NCBI RefSeq assembly: GCF_006345805.1 | Contig: NC_042997.1 | Coordinates: 47,368,001-47,432,000, forward strand | Reading direction: 5' to 3' | Source of the DNA: Octopus sinensis | Lineage: Eukaryota | Length of the DNA: 64,000 nucleotides | Part shown: piece by piece, positions 52,172 to 64,000 of the stretch | Layout: the number at the start of each line of letters is the position of its first letter | Position numbering within the stretch: the stretch's first letter is position 1 | The notes under the pieces: model-generated | What the model saw: the letters and a program-made list of their open reading frames with translations, nothing else | Told to the model about the DNA's origin: nothing | Database searches by the model: none | Made by a program: the position numbers and the translations under genes

Positions 52172-52612
52172 ACAATTCACATCTCTTCAGCTGTAGACAC
52201 ACTGAGAATAATCTGGTTGTCACCAACACTCTGTTTAAGCAGAAAAATAAATATAAAACCACTTGGATGCAACAAGTTTTAAGCACTGACATCTCATAGA
52301 TCATATTCTGATCAGAAAACGTGATATGAAAGATGTTTCAAGCGTTCGGGCCATGAGAGGAGCAGAGAGCTCTAATGACCATCGTCTAGTGCGTGGAAAA
52401 ATAGATTTTTCGATAATGCTTAAAAATCCACAATCTGGCCCTAAGGTACCCAAAAACTTAAATGTTGCAAACTTTAAATTATCAAGCAATTTGCAAAGAT
52501 TCCAGGAAGCTATAGAAAGTATCAATCTTGATCAAAACAATCTATGGAAAGATTTCAAAACAAAAGTATTTCAGGCTGTTAGTTTATCAGTGGGATTTAA
52601 ACTAATAATAGA
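52172..52612 (+). mobile_element. RTE-clade LINE AP-endonuclease fragment, inverted relative to adjacent 3' portion
   Basis: ENNLVVTNTLFKQKNKYKTTWM..HLIDHILIRKRDMKDVSSVRAMRGAESSNDHRLV. Confidence 0.85.
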
Positions 52613-53879
52613 CATTATTTAGTTTATTTACATTTGGCGGATATTTGTCCTCATCTTGTTTGTTGCTAACAACCAGTGACTGGTCCACAGATAGATCAGC
52701 AGAAATTCATGATCTACTTTTAGAAAAAACAACATTTATGCAATGCATACACACACATATAAATATATAGGCATGCATTATGTATATGCGTCTGTAAGCC
52801 CGTGTAGTGTGTACGTGTTATTCACTTTTATGTTGTAAATATCTTATTTATCGTACAAATAAACAACAAATATATATTAAGTATAGTACAAGCACACGCA
52901 TATAATTCCCCACTACCACATACACGCAAACGTTATATTTTTATACACATATAGCTATGAATGTACACATTTCCATACACACATACAGACACATATACAC
53001 TAACACAAACGTATACCCCACAAACTTTTTGATACACATACACCTATAAACCCGCAAACATCAATTCCTCTATGGTAAGGAATTTTTCTTAACTCTTGTA
53101 TCCATATATGTTTGTATGTATTCATGCATTGGTTTTGAATTTCAGATGAAGCTTGAAGGAGATCATGAGCAATAGCAGTCCAACTTTGATTGTTCCAGCT
53201 TTTTAAATATGTTTGATTGTGTATGTCTTTCCAGTTTTTAAGACGACAAGGTGTGATTGGATGAAATTTCCCCATTATATCCAGAAGACTGAGCGACCCC
53301 GTATGTAGTTCCTCGGAGCTTCAGCTGTAAAATTATTTCTTTAAAGCGTGAATGGTAAAACTAATTCCGTTTCTCCTTAATCTACTTGATATTTCTTTTA
53401 CAAATGCTATTTTTTTTTACTGAATAACCTCAGTAATATTTTAAGAGGCGATAACATTCGTAAATTAGTCTGTTAAGTATTTTGTTAAAATTGTTATAAA
53501 AGTTTTGTTCAATTCTCGCGTCTTATCTCTTTGGGGAAAGAAATTTTCATTCTAGACACAAAATTATTACACAGAATATATTCTAGAGATTGAAGAAATT
53601 GATTACTTGAAGAAAACTTTAGACGTTGATTAGTTAAGAACTTTAGGAATTGATAATTTTCCAGAGAGAATATTACTAAACTGGAGTCCTCTTTTGATTG
53701 AGTATCAAAATAAAATTATAGTAAGAAAATCAACTTTTGTCATTATGTGAATTCAGTGAGGAAATATATAACCAATTTTGAAACTGTGTAAGTGACGTGA
53801 ACTATACTCGAGAAAAACTTCACTTATTGATTCTGTTAGTTCATTGTAATTTGTCATGTAAACAAACATATGTGCACAT

Positions 53880-53880
53880 A

Positions 53881-53934
<54 letters not shown>

Positions 53935-54031
53935 ATATATAGATACATACATACATACATACATACATACATACATACATACATACATGCATACATACAT
54001 ACATACATATACATATATATATGTATATATA

Positions 54032-54102
<71 letters not shown>

Positions 54103-54262
54103 TTCCACACATTCACACAACACATATCAATGAGTTTCATACAGATACACAGGGATATGCTGAAATGAATTCATGCAAGACAAACTCTTGTATGTATGTA
54201 TGTATGTATGTATGTATGTATGTATGTATGTATGTATGTATGTATGTATGTATGTATGTATA
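53880..54262. repeat. (CA)n/(CATA)n/(TA)n/(TATG)n microsatellites
   Basis: direct reading. Confidence 0.95.
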
Positions 54263-55199
54263 TTCGGATAGAATATACGGAGACGTGTAACTATGTGGTT
54301 AAGTGGTTACACTCGTCATTGTAATACTATGCTTTCGAAAAGCAGCCTAAAAATTGTATAAAGACCTTTTAATGTGTCTTGATAATTATCATATACATAA
54401 AAGCGCACGTGTTTCAAGTTGATTATTAATCTTAAATATATAGTTTTGTACGAACATATACATCTAAATACAAACTTTAGTCCATCTATTTTACTATTTA
54501 TCTAGTTATCTTTCTATGTTATCTCTCGATACATACACACATACATACATGCATGAATACATACATAAATACTACATACATACAATGAAAGTAAAATTCT
54601 TACCTTAAAAATTGGCACTGTGACGACCCATTCACAATGAAGGTTATGGGGATAATTCCGGGGCCAATTAGGAGAAGCTAGGTTACCTCGTTCTTTGTTA
54701 TATACACCGCCACAATCTATTTAAAAAAAAGCATATTGGACTGTTATTAAACGTGTGTTAGCATTTAGATTCGGGATTAATAACTCTAATAAAAAATTAT
54801 AAAGTCTTGAAATATCAAGCCACTCTTCCATTCACTTTCTTTCAGTTTCTGAAATTATCTTCCGTTCAGTTATGCTTGTTTCTCATTTTATTTTCCGGTT
54901 TCCGAATGCAATAACTAATTTCATAGAACAACAACAAAATCAAAACATAACTCGTCTACCTGCTAAACAGTGGAAAAGAAGCTCCACCATATGACAACAT
55001 TTAATAAAATTATATACCTCATATAAGTTATAGAAATTCTGAGAAAATATATAGTTTATGCTAGTGACACCAAAATACCAACAACATACGCAACATGTAT
55101 ATATACATATTTATTGAATGAGATTCAGTTATATATATATATATATATATAATATATATATATATATGACTATCCTGTGTATATATTCTACATCTTCTT

Positions 55200-55765
55200 T
55201 ATATATATATATATATGCGATAAAAAAGTTGATGAATAGCAAAGTCGATAAAATGCGATAACAAAGTCTAGGCTGTGAGGGGTTTTCAGCACATGTATAA
55301 GGAAAAAGATATAGATATGGTCTTACAGTTGTTTCTGGGATATGGATATCCCTCATCAGAGACGATGTGAAATGGTTAAATAGCGGTAAATATTTGAGTT
55401 CGAAATAAGGAATTAGTATGGAAAAGGAGGTGATAGGGAATATAGAGGGAAATAAGAGAATGAAAGTAGAAATAAAAATATAAAATATAAAAAGATATTG
55501 TAGTTGCAATTACATTAATCGAGGAAAGTGGTGTGTAGAAGTGGTAAAACAGTTTCCTGTACATGGTATGTAAGTTCCAATAGTAGTTCATGTTTAGTCA
55601 TTTCAAAGTATGGAGCCGTAGATATTTTGTGCTGCTCATTCGAAAGAGTCTTGTGGTGTGAATTAAATTTGAGAATGAATTGGTAGGATTTGTGGATAGA
55701 TAGGGGGGGGGATGTGAATGATTGGAATGAGAAAAAAATATCACATGTATCAATATCCAACCAAG
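55200..55765 (-). mobile_element. Probable Penelope-like element 3' relic with hammerhead
   Basis: Contains the hammerhead at 55320-55363; upstream frame (..KSYQFILKFNSHHKTLSNEQH..) only weakly resembles Penelope C-termini. Confidence 0.45.
55320..55363 (-). ncRNA. Compact type I hammerhead ribozyme motif
   Basis: Minus strand gtct-CUGAUGA-gggata-tcca-tatccc-a-GAAAC-aact-GUA-agac: intact core, 6-bp helix II, 4-bp helix I. Confidence 0.75.
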
Positions 55766-55898
55766 AGTTTATCTACTGTCTGTCCATAGTACTTACTTAG
55801 CGTTACCTGCCTCTTTCCAGGTCTTCTAGATACCAATAACTCTTATATATATACATATATATATATATATACATACACACATACACATACATATATAT

Positions 55899-56128
55899 AT
55901 TTCTTTACTACCCACAAGCGGCTAAACATAGAGGGAACAAACAAGGACAGACAAACAGATGAAGTCGATTACATCGACCCCAGTGCGTAACTGGTACTTA
56001 ATTTATCGACTCCGAAAGGATGAAAGGCAAAGTCGACCTCGGCGGAATTTGAACTCAGAACGTAACGACAGACGAAATACGGCTTCGCATTTCGCCCGGC
56101 GCGCTAACATTTCTGCCAGCTCGCCGCC
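55899..56128 (-). mobile_element. SINE family A, full length
   Basis: Reverse complement of 7122-type consensus. Confidence 0.92.
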
Positions 56129-57052
56129 TTATATATATAGTATTACCACCACTTGGAAGTATGCTGGCTCTTTAAGATAGCAGATTTAGCATTACATTTC
56201 GTAGGTAATTTCCACTGGTATTCTCCTCTTAACTGTAAAAAAAGTTTATAGCTGTATTGCTTGCCAGTAATCATCTTACTTTTATTGTTTATTTTTTATT
56301 TTATGTTATGTTGAGATGATGTATAAAGGTATAAGCGTCCTCGTGCCACTTATGACATAGTTTCTCCCCTGCACCTATTTTATTTACTGGTTCATTTTTT
56401 TCTTTATTTATGTCTACCCCTCTAATGATCTTAAAATGATCTTATTTTAAATATAATTGACGAATTGCAGAAATGGCAGGACTCTGGTCAGTTCTATAAC
56501 GGACAATAGGTGTTTGGTCTCTAGAATTTTGCAGTAAGTACACCATTATAAAAACTCTAGGGCATATTTTGCATAAATATTAATTACCTCTATTTACGAA
56601 ATCATAAGTACTCTTCGTATTCAAGATGTATTGTTTTAGTTTAGCACTAGTTTTATCCTACTACTATTTATACACCCTAGAACCCCTACAAAAAGAGACA
56701 ACCCATGACTTATTTCACTTGCTCATTTGCTAGCTCACTCTTTTGCCCATCGACTTCAAGCTTTACACTGCAAAATGGTATGATTCTAATATATTGAGCG
56801 TGCTGGCCTCATTTCCAGACTATGTTCTTTCTTCTTTCCTCTTCCCCTTGTTTATTTTATTTATTTCATTTTGTGGTCGTATTCACTCTGATGAACGTGC
56901 TATAAAGATGGCGAATATTATTTTACGAACTTTCTTTGTAAGCACTAATTGATATCGGCAGTCGAATATAATTAACCGATGTTGGTCAATTTGTTTGTCT
57001 GTTGATCAAACGTTTTCTCCATTTTCTGCTTATTTCTATATATATGTAATAG

Positions 57053-57087
<35 letters not shown>

Positions 57088-57159
57088 TGTATGTATGTAT
57101 GTATGTATGTATGTATGTATGTACGTATATATATATAGGTATATATATATGTATGTGTG

Positions 57160-57385
57160 TGTGTGTGTTTGTGTGTCTGTGTTTCTCTCCCTAACATCGT
57201 TTGACAACCGGTGCTGGTGTGTTTACGTCCCCGTTACCTAGCGGTTCGGCAAAAGAGACCGATAGAATAAGTACTGGGCTTACAAAGAATAAATCCCGGG
57301 GTCGATTTGCTCGACTAAAGGCGGTACTCCAGCATGGCCGCAGTCAAATGACTGAAACAAGTAAAAGAGTAAAGAGTAAAGAGTA
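57160..57385 (+). mobile_element. SINE family B 3' half
   Basis: gacaaccggtgctggtgtgtttacgtcccc..gaaacaagtaaaagagtaaagagta. Confidence 0.9.
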
Positions 57386-57391
57386 TATATA

Positions 57392-57794
57392 TATCGTCAT
57401 CGATAACAGATGGGCGTTCACAACGCTCACGATCTTCAAGGTTCAAACCTCCACTGCCAAATCTTTTAAACCATTTTCGAGCTGACCACTCACTGGTCAT
57501 TTCCTCAGCAAACGTTTCGTTGATATCGCGGTGCAGTTTCAGCTGCTTCACGTCCTTTTTTGAAGTTGAATAGCAAAATTGCATGAATATCGCGCTTTGA
57601 CAGTTCCATTTCAGACGAATGTAACAACTGTGAGAAAATATCAATGTTAATTTAGTGATGCATTTCGGAAAGTTTGTGTGTATTCTCAGACAATTTCAAA
57701 AAAATAAATGTTTTAAAAAATTCAAAACGCTGCAAATATCTGGTACAAATTCTTCATGGTTAAAAACGTTACTTACATTTTACTCAACCTGATA
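57392..57794 (-). mobile_element. Mariner transposon 5' relic (TIR + HTH region)
   Basis: LHRDINETFAEEMTSEWSARKWFKRFGSGGLNLEDRERCERPSVIDDD; terminal ta|tcaggttgagtaaaatgtaagt. Confidence 0.85.
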
Positions 57795-57998
57795 TATATG
57801 CGCGCGCGCACACATAGGTACACACACACGCACACACACAGCGCACACGCACACATCATTATCTACGAATGTATGAAGGTATATATGCAAGTATATGTGT
57901 GCGCGTATGTGTGTGCGTGTGGAGGCTCTCCCATGATAATGAAGTATTATGGGAATTTTTTTTATATATACAATATATATATGTATAAATATATACAT

Positions 57999-58040
<42 letters not shown>

Positions 58041-58460
58041 TATTCTTTTCTTTAAATGAATGTCACTAACTTTGTGGAAGAAGTTTCTGTATAGTATATA
58101 TTTGTGTATTGTATGTTGAAGTGTGCAGTCTCCACAAACATTACACAGATGTTGCTCTTCACAACGAAGCAGTTTCCTTGCCATGTACATTACTTTCTGC
58201 AATACGGATACCGCTACGTTCTTATTCGTCATTCAATTCTTTACATCCGTAAGTCTAGGTCATTTCGAGAGCAATTTTAGGTTTCATTCTAATCTAAGAT
58301 GCTGTTCTAGATGTTTTTGGTGACAACAATTTCAGTATTGTTCATCACAAAATGACCAAAAAACATGTTTATAAAGAGGAATTGTTTGCTTCACGCTCCT
58401 CGTGTGCCGATTCTACCCATAAGAAAGAAACAAATAATACAATGTGGCTGTAGGTTATAA

Positions 58461-58490
58461 CACCCGGGCAACGCCGGTATGCATTGTTAG
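58461..58490 (+). mobile_element. Isolated Helitron-like 3' terminus
   Basis: cccgggcaacgccgg hairpin followed by ..gttag, similar to the 17609 end. Confidence 0.4.
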
Positions 58491-58715
58491 GATACACATG
58501 TATATAAATATATGTTGTGTGTGTGTGTTTTCGTATGTGTGCATTTTACTGGTAACACAAAAGAGATGCTTTTTTCCATTCATCAAGATAAGCTTTGCTT
58601 AGGAAGAATTTGATGTCACCAGTCAGTTGCAATGATCATCGGGTGTTTCGATGTTGGTGAAGTACATAGATACATACACACACACATAGATACATGCATA
58701 CATATACATATGCAT

Positions 58716-58783
<68 letters not shown>

Positions 58784-59091
58784 GAAATATATTACAAAAA
58801 GAAAATAGAAACTACACGTGGAAACGTAAGGGGAAAGTAAGAAAAAAATCAACGAAAATGCACATTGTAAATAAAAAAAGAAAAGGCTTTTTATGAAAGG
58901 TAACGACAGATATATACAATCAGATGAACTGAGGTAATAATAAAAGTAATAAAATTCATAAAAGTTATTTTTATGAGATTGTTAAAGAGATTCAAGCAGC
59001 ATACCGCGGTTTCGTAAGATAATTCATTACTTTGAGATACTATTTATTGCTTTGAATATATATATGTATATATATATAGGACACGTCAAAA

Positions 59092-59313
59092 ACAGAAACT
59101 GACCACACAAAATTCAAGAAGTCTTTGGACAAATTCCTTCAAACACTCCCGGAGAAACCACCCACACCCGGATATGTCTCCGAAAACAATAACTCTCTGC
59201 TCGAATGGGCCTCGATGCCCAAATCCTGAATTGAAAGACTTCGCCAGGTGGTGCTATTAAGTTAGACATGGCCTGGGCCAATACTGGCCAAAACCTTTCT
59301 AAGTTATTCTAAG

Positions 59314-59315
<2 letters not shown>
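59092..59315 (+). mobile_element. CR1-like LINE 3' end (ORF2 C-terminus + 3'UTR)
   Basis: TKFKKSLDKFLQTLPEKPPTPGYVSENNNSLLEW..* (59092-59229), hairpin ggcca-atac-tggcc, tandem tail, then (TA)n. Confidence 0.85.
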
Positions 59316-59363
<48 letters not shown>

Positions 59364-59455
59364 TAAGATGTATGTACGAATTATACAACTGTGCATGTAT
59401 GTGTGTGTGTATGTGGTCAGGGAAGCGGGCTTGGGGTCGCAGCTTGACGGTTTCT

Positions 59456-59737
59456 GGCGAAAACACCTAAAGCTCACAAGGCTCCGGCAGTGGGTGGTGG
59501 CGAACCCTTCTGCATTTTTCCCCACAACTTTCACCCCCTCTTTCTTCCTGTTTTTGTCGTACATATTTCAAAGTGCCAGCCTTGTCACACTGTGTCACAC
59601 TGAATCTACCCGAGAACTACTTTAAGCGTACACGTGTCAGTGGAGTGCTCAACCACTTGCACGATAATTTCACGAACAGGCTGTTTCGTTGATTTGATCA
59701 ACTTGAAGCCCTCATCGTATTAACCGAGGGTGTGTCA
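59456..59737 (+). mobile_element. SINE family C, 5'-truncated, diverged
   Basis: gcgaaaacacctaaagct..gctccggcag..cccgagaactac..gtacacgtgtc matches 20089-20469. Confidence 0.85.
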
Positions 59738-59956
59738 CAACGATGTAAATAAAAATGTGTGTGCATATCCGTGTGTGAGTGCATGTATATAAGATTGCTG
59801 GTTGATTGCTATACACACGATCAGCCAGTCGTCAGGTGAAATCAGAACATGCTGTCTCTTCTTGAGAATAAATGTCTGTTGATTTCTGTTGCACGATATT
59901 TATACCACGTATGATATTTACTTGATTATGTCTTACCATTCTCCTCATATCACATG

Positions 59957-60026
<70 letters not shown>

Positions 60027-63000
60027 CTTACATGCGTACATACATATATATGTTTGTGCGTGTGCTTGTGTGTACGTGCGTGCGTGCGTCTGAGAGTAAT
60101 TGTAAAAGCCTGTTGCAGCGAGCAATATTTCAACAGTTTTTCCTTAAGCAATATAATTTTACTTCCCATTGCTATTGTTAGTGCCATGCAAGCAGTAACT
60201 ATATATGTATACAGCTGAATGTCAATGTGAACAAAAATTCGAGTGCTTGAGAGAATAAACTTACTTTTTTTAATAAATTATTTAGTATCTTTGCAAATCC
60301 TTTTGAATATGCCGAAAGATATTTATAAATATTTTTGGGTAATATAGCTGCAGTGTATATTTCTATATTATGTCTTTTGTATACACGCATATCCTCTGCA
60401 GGTATGCATGTATAAGTACAAAAATACACTAACAAAACCAGTCTTTATGATATATTTGAATAGAGCATCTCATTATTTTACATTCACTTTCCGTTACTTA
60501 CATACATACATTCATATATATATTGTAATAATGAAATCAAACCTGAAAGTATTTAATAATTTTTCAGATCTGCATAATATATAATAGGAAATGCATTCCT
60601 ATGCACTTGTACATGTATAGATATACATACATGTGTGCCGGTGTGTGTATAATATAAATTGTTAATTTTTAACCTAATGAGATCTCAAATCACATGTGTA
60701 TTATTTCCTTTTCATTGAGTGGATGAAGTTTCAAATACTCACACTGGCTGATTATTTAAATTTCGTTCGAGAGCAAACTCACCAGTCACTTTAGGCTGCT
60801 ACATAGTCTAACTTTTAAGTTCTTGATCCATGCAACAAAACTGGGGACAACTTCATACTTGATAATTTATGAAATATTATACATGTATTTCAATTTCATT
60901 TCCAGCACCATGTATAAAAATTGCTCATTATTTTATATTATTTCTTGATTTTTATATTTTAAAATTTCACGTGATATGTATAACTAATCAGTAACATTGT
61001 TACGATGGCATTTTGATTCAAGCAGATTATATTCTATATTAGGTTAAGCATATAATTAGTGCCAATTATCAGCAGGTAAAATAATATTTTGCCACCACTT
61101 GGGAAAAATCCCAGAAATCTCTATCCCAATTAGAAACAGAAAATGGAGTTTGCTGATGGTCATGGAGGTCATCAAAAATTTATGGTGCAGCAGTCGAGTA
61201 GCTCTTTGTGCAATTTTAAACTGAAAACTTGAATCTGCTAGGAAAGTTTTTAAAGGCGTGAGTGGAATTCAGAAGGGTAAAGTTATTTAGAAGCATCATG
61301 TGGTGGATAAATATGAATACGATAAGCAGTAGATAAAGATGCTTTAATCGAGCTATGTAATTTCGAAATCTTTGTCAAACAGGATACAAAATATATCGAA
61401 AATACATTACTTATCCATGCTGATCATTTTCAGTTAATCTTCATAGTCAATGCACACAGAACTAATAAAGTTTTTCATACAGAATACCGTTACACTATAC
61501 TTTTCATTGAGCAATAAATAAAGTATACTAGAATTTAAATAAAAAAAATAAATTGCCGATTTTGAGTTTGTGTTTGTAAGACTTTGGTAATAAATATTAA
61601 AATTTTTCTAATGCAGCTCATTAAAACATACACAGCATCTTTATTTTTTAAAGTTTAAAAATCATCAAAGAATTAACATGCTAACACTATTCTTTTGCAT
61701 GAGCTTTCAATTATTATATATTTAAAATTGTTTTTGTATGAATTATATTAAAAGGCATGATAAATATAACATCACTGTATCGAAACCCATGAACGTTGCA
61801 AAGAAATTATGTAATCACATGAATATATACATGATGTGCCGCCCATTAATCTGGGTTTACATCACCTACATGTTTGATGGAAAAAAATCTGTACTTTCTC
61901 TATCTTGAATCAAAAGCTTAGACAAGTCTCCTCAGAAACAATTTAACATGAATTATTCAAGTGGGCCGAAAATAAGTCAATCCTATGTAAACGTTTATGC
62001 TATGTATTTCTTGACCGAATATTGTTCATAATTAACGTGTTAAAGAAATTGCTAAACAGTATATAGTGTTCTGATGATTAGGGGCACTACTAGTTAATGA
62101 TTTAATAATTACTATTTACAGAAATACCACCAAAGGGTTGTTCAAACAATAATCATAAAGTATGTGATTGTTTAAACTGTAAGTTACTAAATGTCTAGTA
62201 ATGTTAATACATGACTGGTGCAGTTCATGGCCGTTACTAACAGACCTTTTGTTGGCGTGCTCTGCTGAGATCTAAACGACATTGTAGAAAGCATTAAAAT
62301 TCTTACTTTTGTAAAATAGTTAGATACACTCTTGCTTTCTGTTGGATATTATACTGACGTGCTGTAAAATGACGACTGACATGTTATTTTACATTAAATT
62401 AAAAGAACACGCAGAATATAATAAAATCTGTGATTAACTTTCATGAAATAATTCCATACCATCAAAGGAATAATACAGATACCTAAAAGTTCATTATTAG
62501 GAGCAGTACAAAACAAGATAATTAAAAGTAATCAAACAAGCAGAAAGTGAATAAATGAAAACAGAAAATAAGCATAGAATCACTTTGAGGGACTAACAAT
62601 TGCTTCTTCACCTTTATTAAATGTTTTCTGGTTTTCCTTCTGTATACCATTATCTAACTTAATTATCCCTATCATGCATTTGTATTATATCTGGGTTTTT
62701 CTTTCTTTTAATTTTTAATCATGTCAATTAATGTAACCAAAATATATTGAATAATTTTTTTATATTAAAAAATATAATTATTGAAAGTCACGCATATACT
62801 GTACTACATTGGTGAGGCTCACAAAATACCAATCATAAATAACATATATGTATTTTAATTAAATGTAAAGACCAGATTGTCAATGATAAAAGATAACAGA
62901 TCATTCAAGATATTTATTCTGAAGATTTTCTCCCCGTTTCTAATTGTTGTCATCTTTTCCATTTGCCAACTAAATTGCAATGCAATACAATTCAGTGAGT

Positions 63001-63185
63001 ACAGCATTCAGGACATGAAATATTATCTTAATGCTGGTACATGCCATTGGTAGTCTGGAGTGTGTACTTCATGTTTTACGTCATATATACGTCATCATAC
63101 AAACGCAAACATATATTAATATGTGTGTGTGTGTGTATGCATGTATGTTTATATATATGTATACATATATGCATATATATATATA

Positions 63186-63237
<52 letters not shown>

Positions 63238-63242
<5 letters not shown>

Positions 63243-63274
63243 CCTTATGTGTATCTTATATATGTGTGTGTGTG

Positions 63275-63310
<36 letters not shown>

Positions 63311-63347
63311 CACACACACACATATATGAGATACACATAAGGAAATA
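63238..63347. repeat. 110-bp inverted duplication centred on (TA)n
   Basis: tatttccttatgtgtatc..(TA)n..gatacacataaggaaata, one mismatch. Confidence 0.9.
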
Positions 63348-63501
63348 ACTTTATTCTCAAACGCAAGCTAATGCTATTAATATAGCTTGAACAGGATAAA
63401 CTATTCATATTTTGCAGAAAAATCTGTCGGTGGTCAGTCATAAGACTCTAACTCACATCCCTTCTTTTAGTTTTCAAAATTAAAATAAACAAAGTTCTTT
63501 T

Positions 63502-64000
63502 TTAATCTAAAATATACTCTCCTACAGTATCTCCAATGCTTTTCTATCTATCTGGTATACTTGCAAGGCCCTTCTTCCAAAATTCCCTTGTCCGTGACGA
63601 AAAATAATCCTCCAGTACTCTTCTGATCTCGTCTACAGAATTCATATATTATCCGTCCGAATGAGGTTGAAGACTACGGAATAAATGATAATCAGATAGG
63701 GAAATGTCCTGCGAATATGGTGGATGAGGCATCATTTCTCATTCAAACTGCTCCAGCCTTTGGAATGTCATCCTCATTATAAGTGGCCTACCATTATCTT
63801 GATGGAAGAGCATCTGCTGTCTTGAAACCAAAGATGGTCACTTTTTTTTCCAGTGCTAACTTAAGCCGCTCAAGCAGCTCGCAGTAGTTCTGCTTTATTA
63901 CAGTTTGGTTTGGGTTTAAAAGTTCAAAGTATACTAAACCTTTCATATCCCACCAAACAGATAACAACACATTACCTGGGTGAAGACTTTTTTAGTCTGG
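63502..64000 (-). mobile_element. Mariner transposase C-terminal relic (DD34D region), cut by window end
   Basis: LHPGNVLLSVWWDMKGLVYFELL..FHQDNGRP..HPPYSQDISLSDYHLFRSLQ.. with stops and a frameshift. Confidence 0.92.

Noticed and set aside
56886-56920. ctgatga..gcgaat motif
   Set aside because: No convincing helix II or GAAA; too decayed to call.
58060-58400. Cys-rich minus-strand peptide (..CEEQHLCNVCGDC) reminiscent of a piggyBac C-terminal domain
   Set aside because: Needs several frameshifts, no catalytic domain or TTAA-bounded TIR found; needs tBLASTn.
62307-62361. 55-bp candidate exon on minus strand (attttacag|..RQYNIQQKARVYLTILQ..|gtaaga)
   Set aside because: Good splice signals but no recognisable protein or partner exons; such hits are expected by chance in AT-rich DNA.

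Overview
Eukaryotic, AT-rich, microsatellite-saturated DNA, most likely an octopod (Octopus) intergenic or large-intron region. The organism call is an inference from the repeat families and the (TA)n/(TATG)n/(TAA)n density. I recognise no host protein-coding gene, rRNA or true tRNA gene; nearly all ORF-track entries are microsatellite translations. The window contains many tRNA-derived SINEs of at least five families and relics of R4/Dong-like, CR1-like and RTE LINEs. It also has Penelope-like terminal-repeat fragments, mariner and Helitron relics, and four TA-flanked MITEs. The most notable item is a 352-nt, densely base-paired unit at 2694-3153, bounded by 105-bp direct repeats and carrying a near-canonical type I hammerhead ribozyme (a retrozyme-like element). 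Several other minimal or decayed hammerhead motifs occur elsewhere. Also notable are a same-strand stack of six (TAA)n-tailed retroelement ends at 11.6-14.8 kb, an ~800-bp fold-back palindrome at 33.9-34.7 kb, and a 5'-inverted RTE copy at 51.3-52.6 kb. Coordinates and alignments were done by eye and may be off by a few bases.
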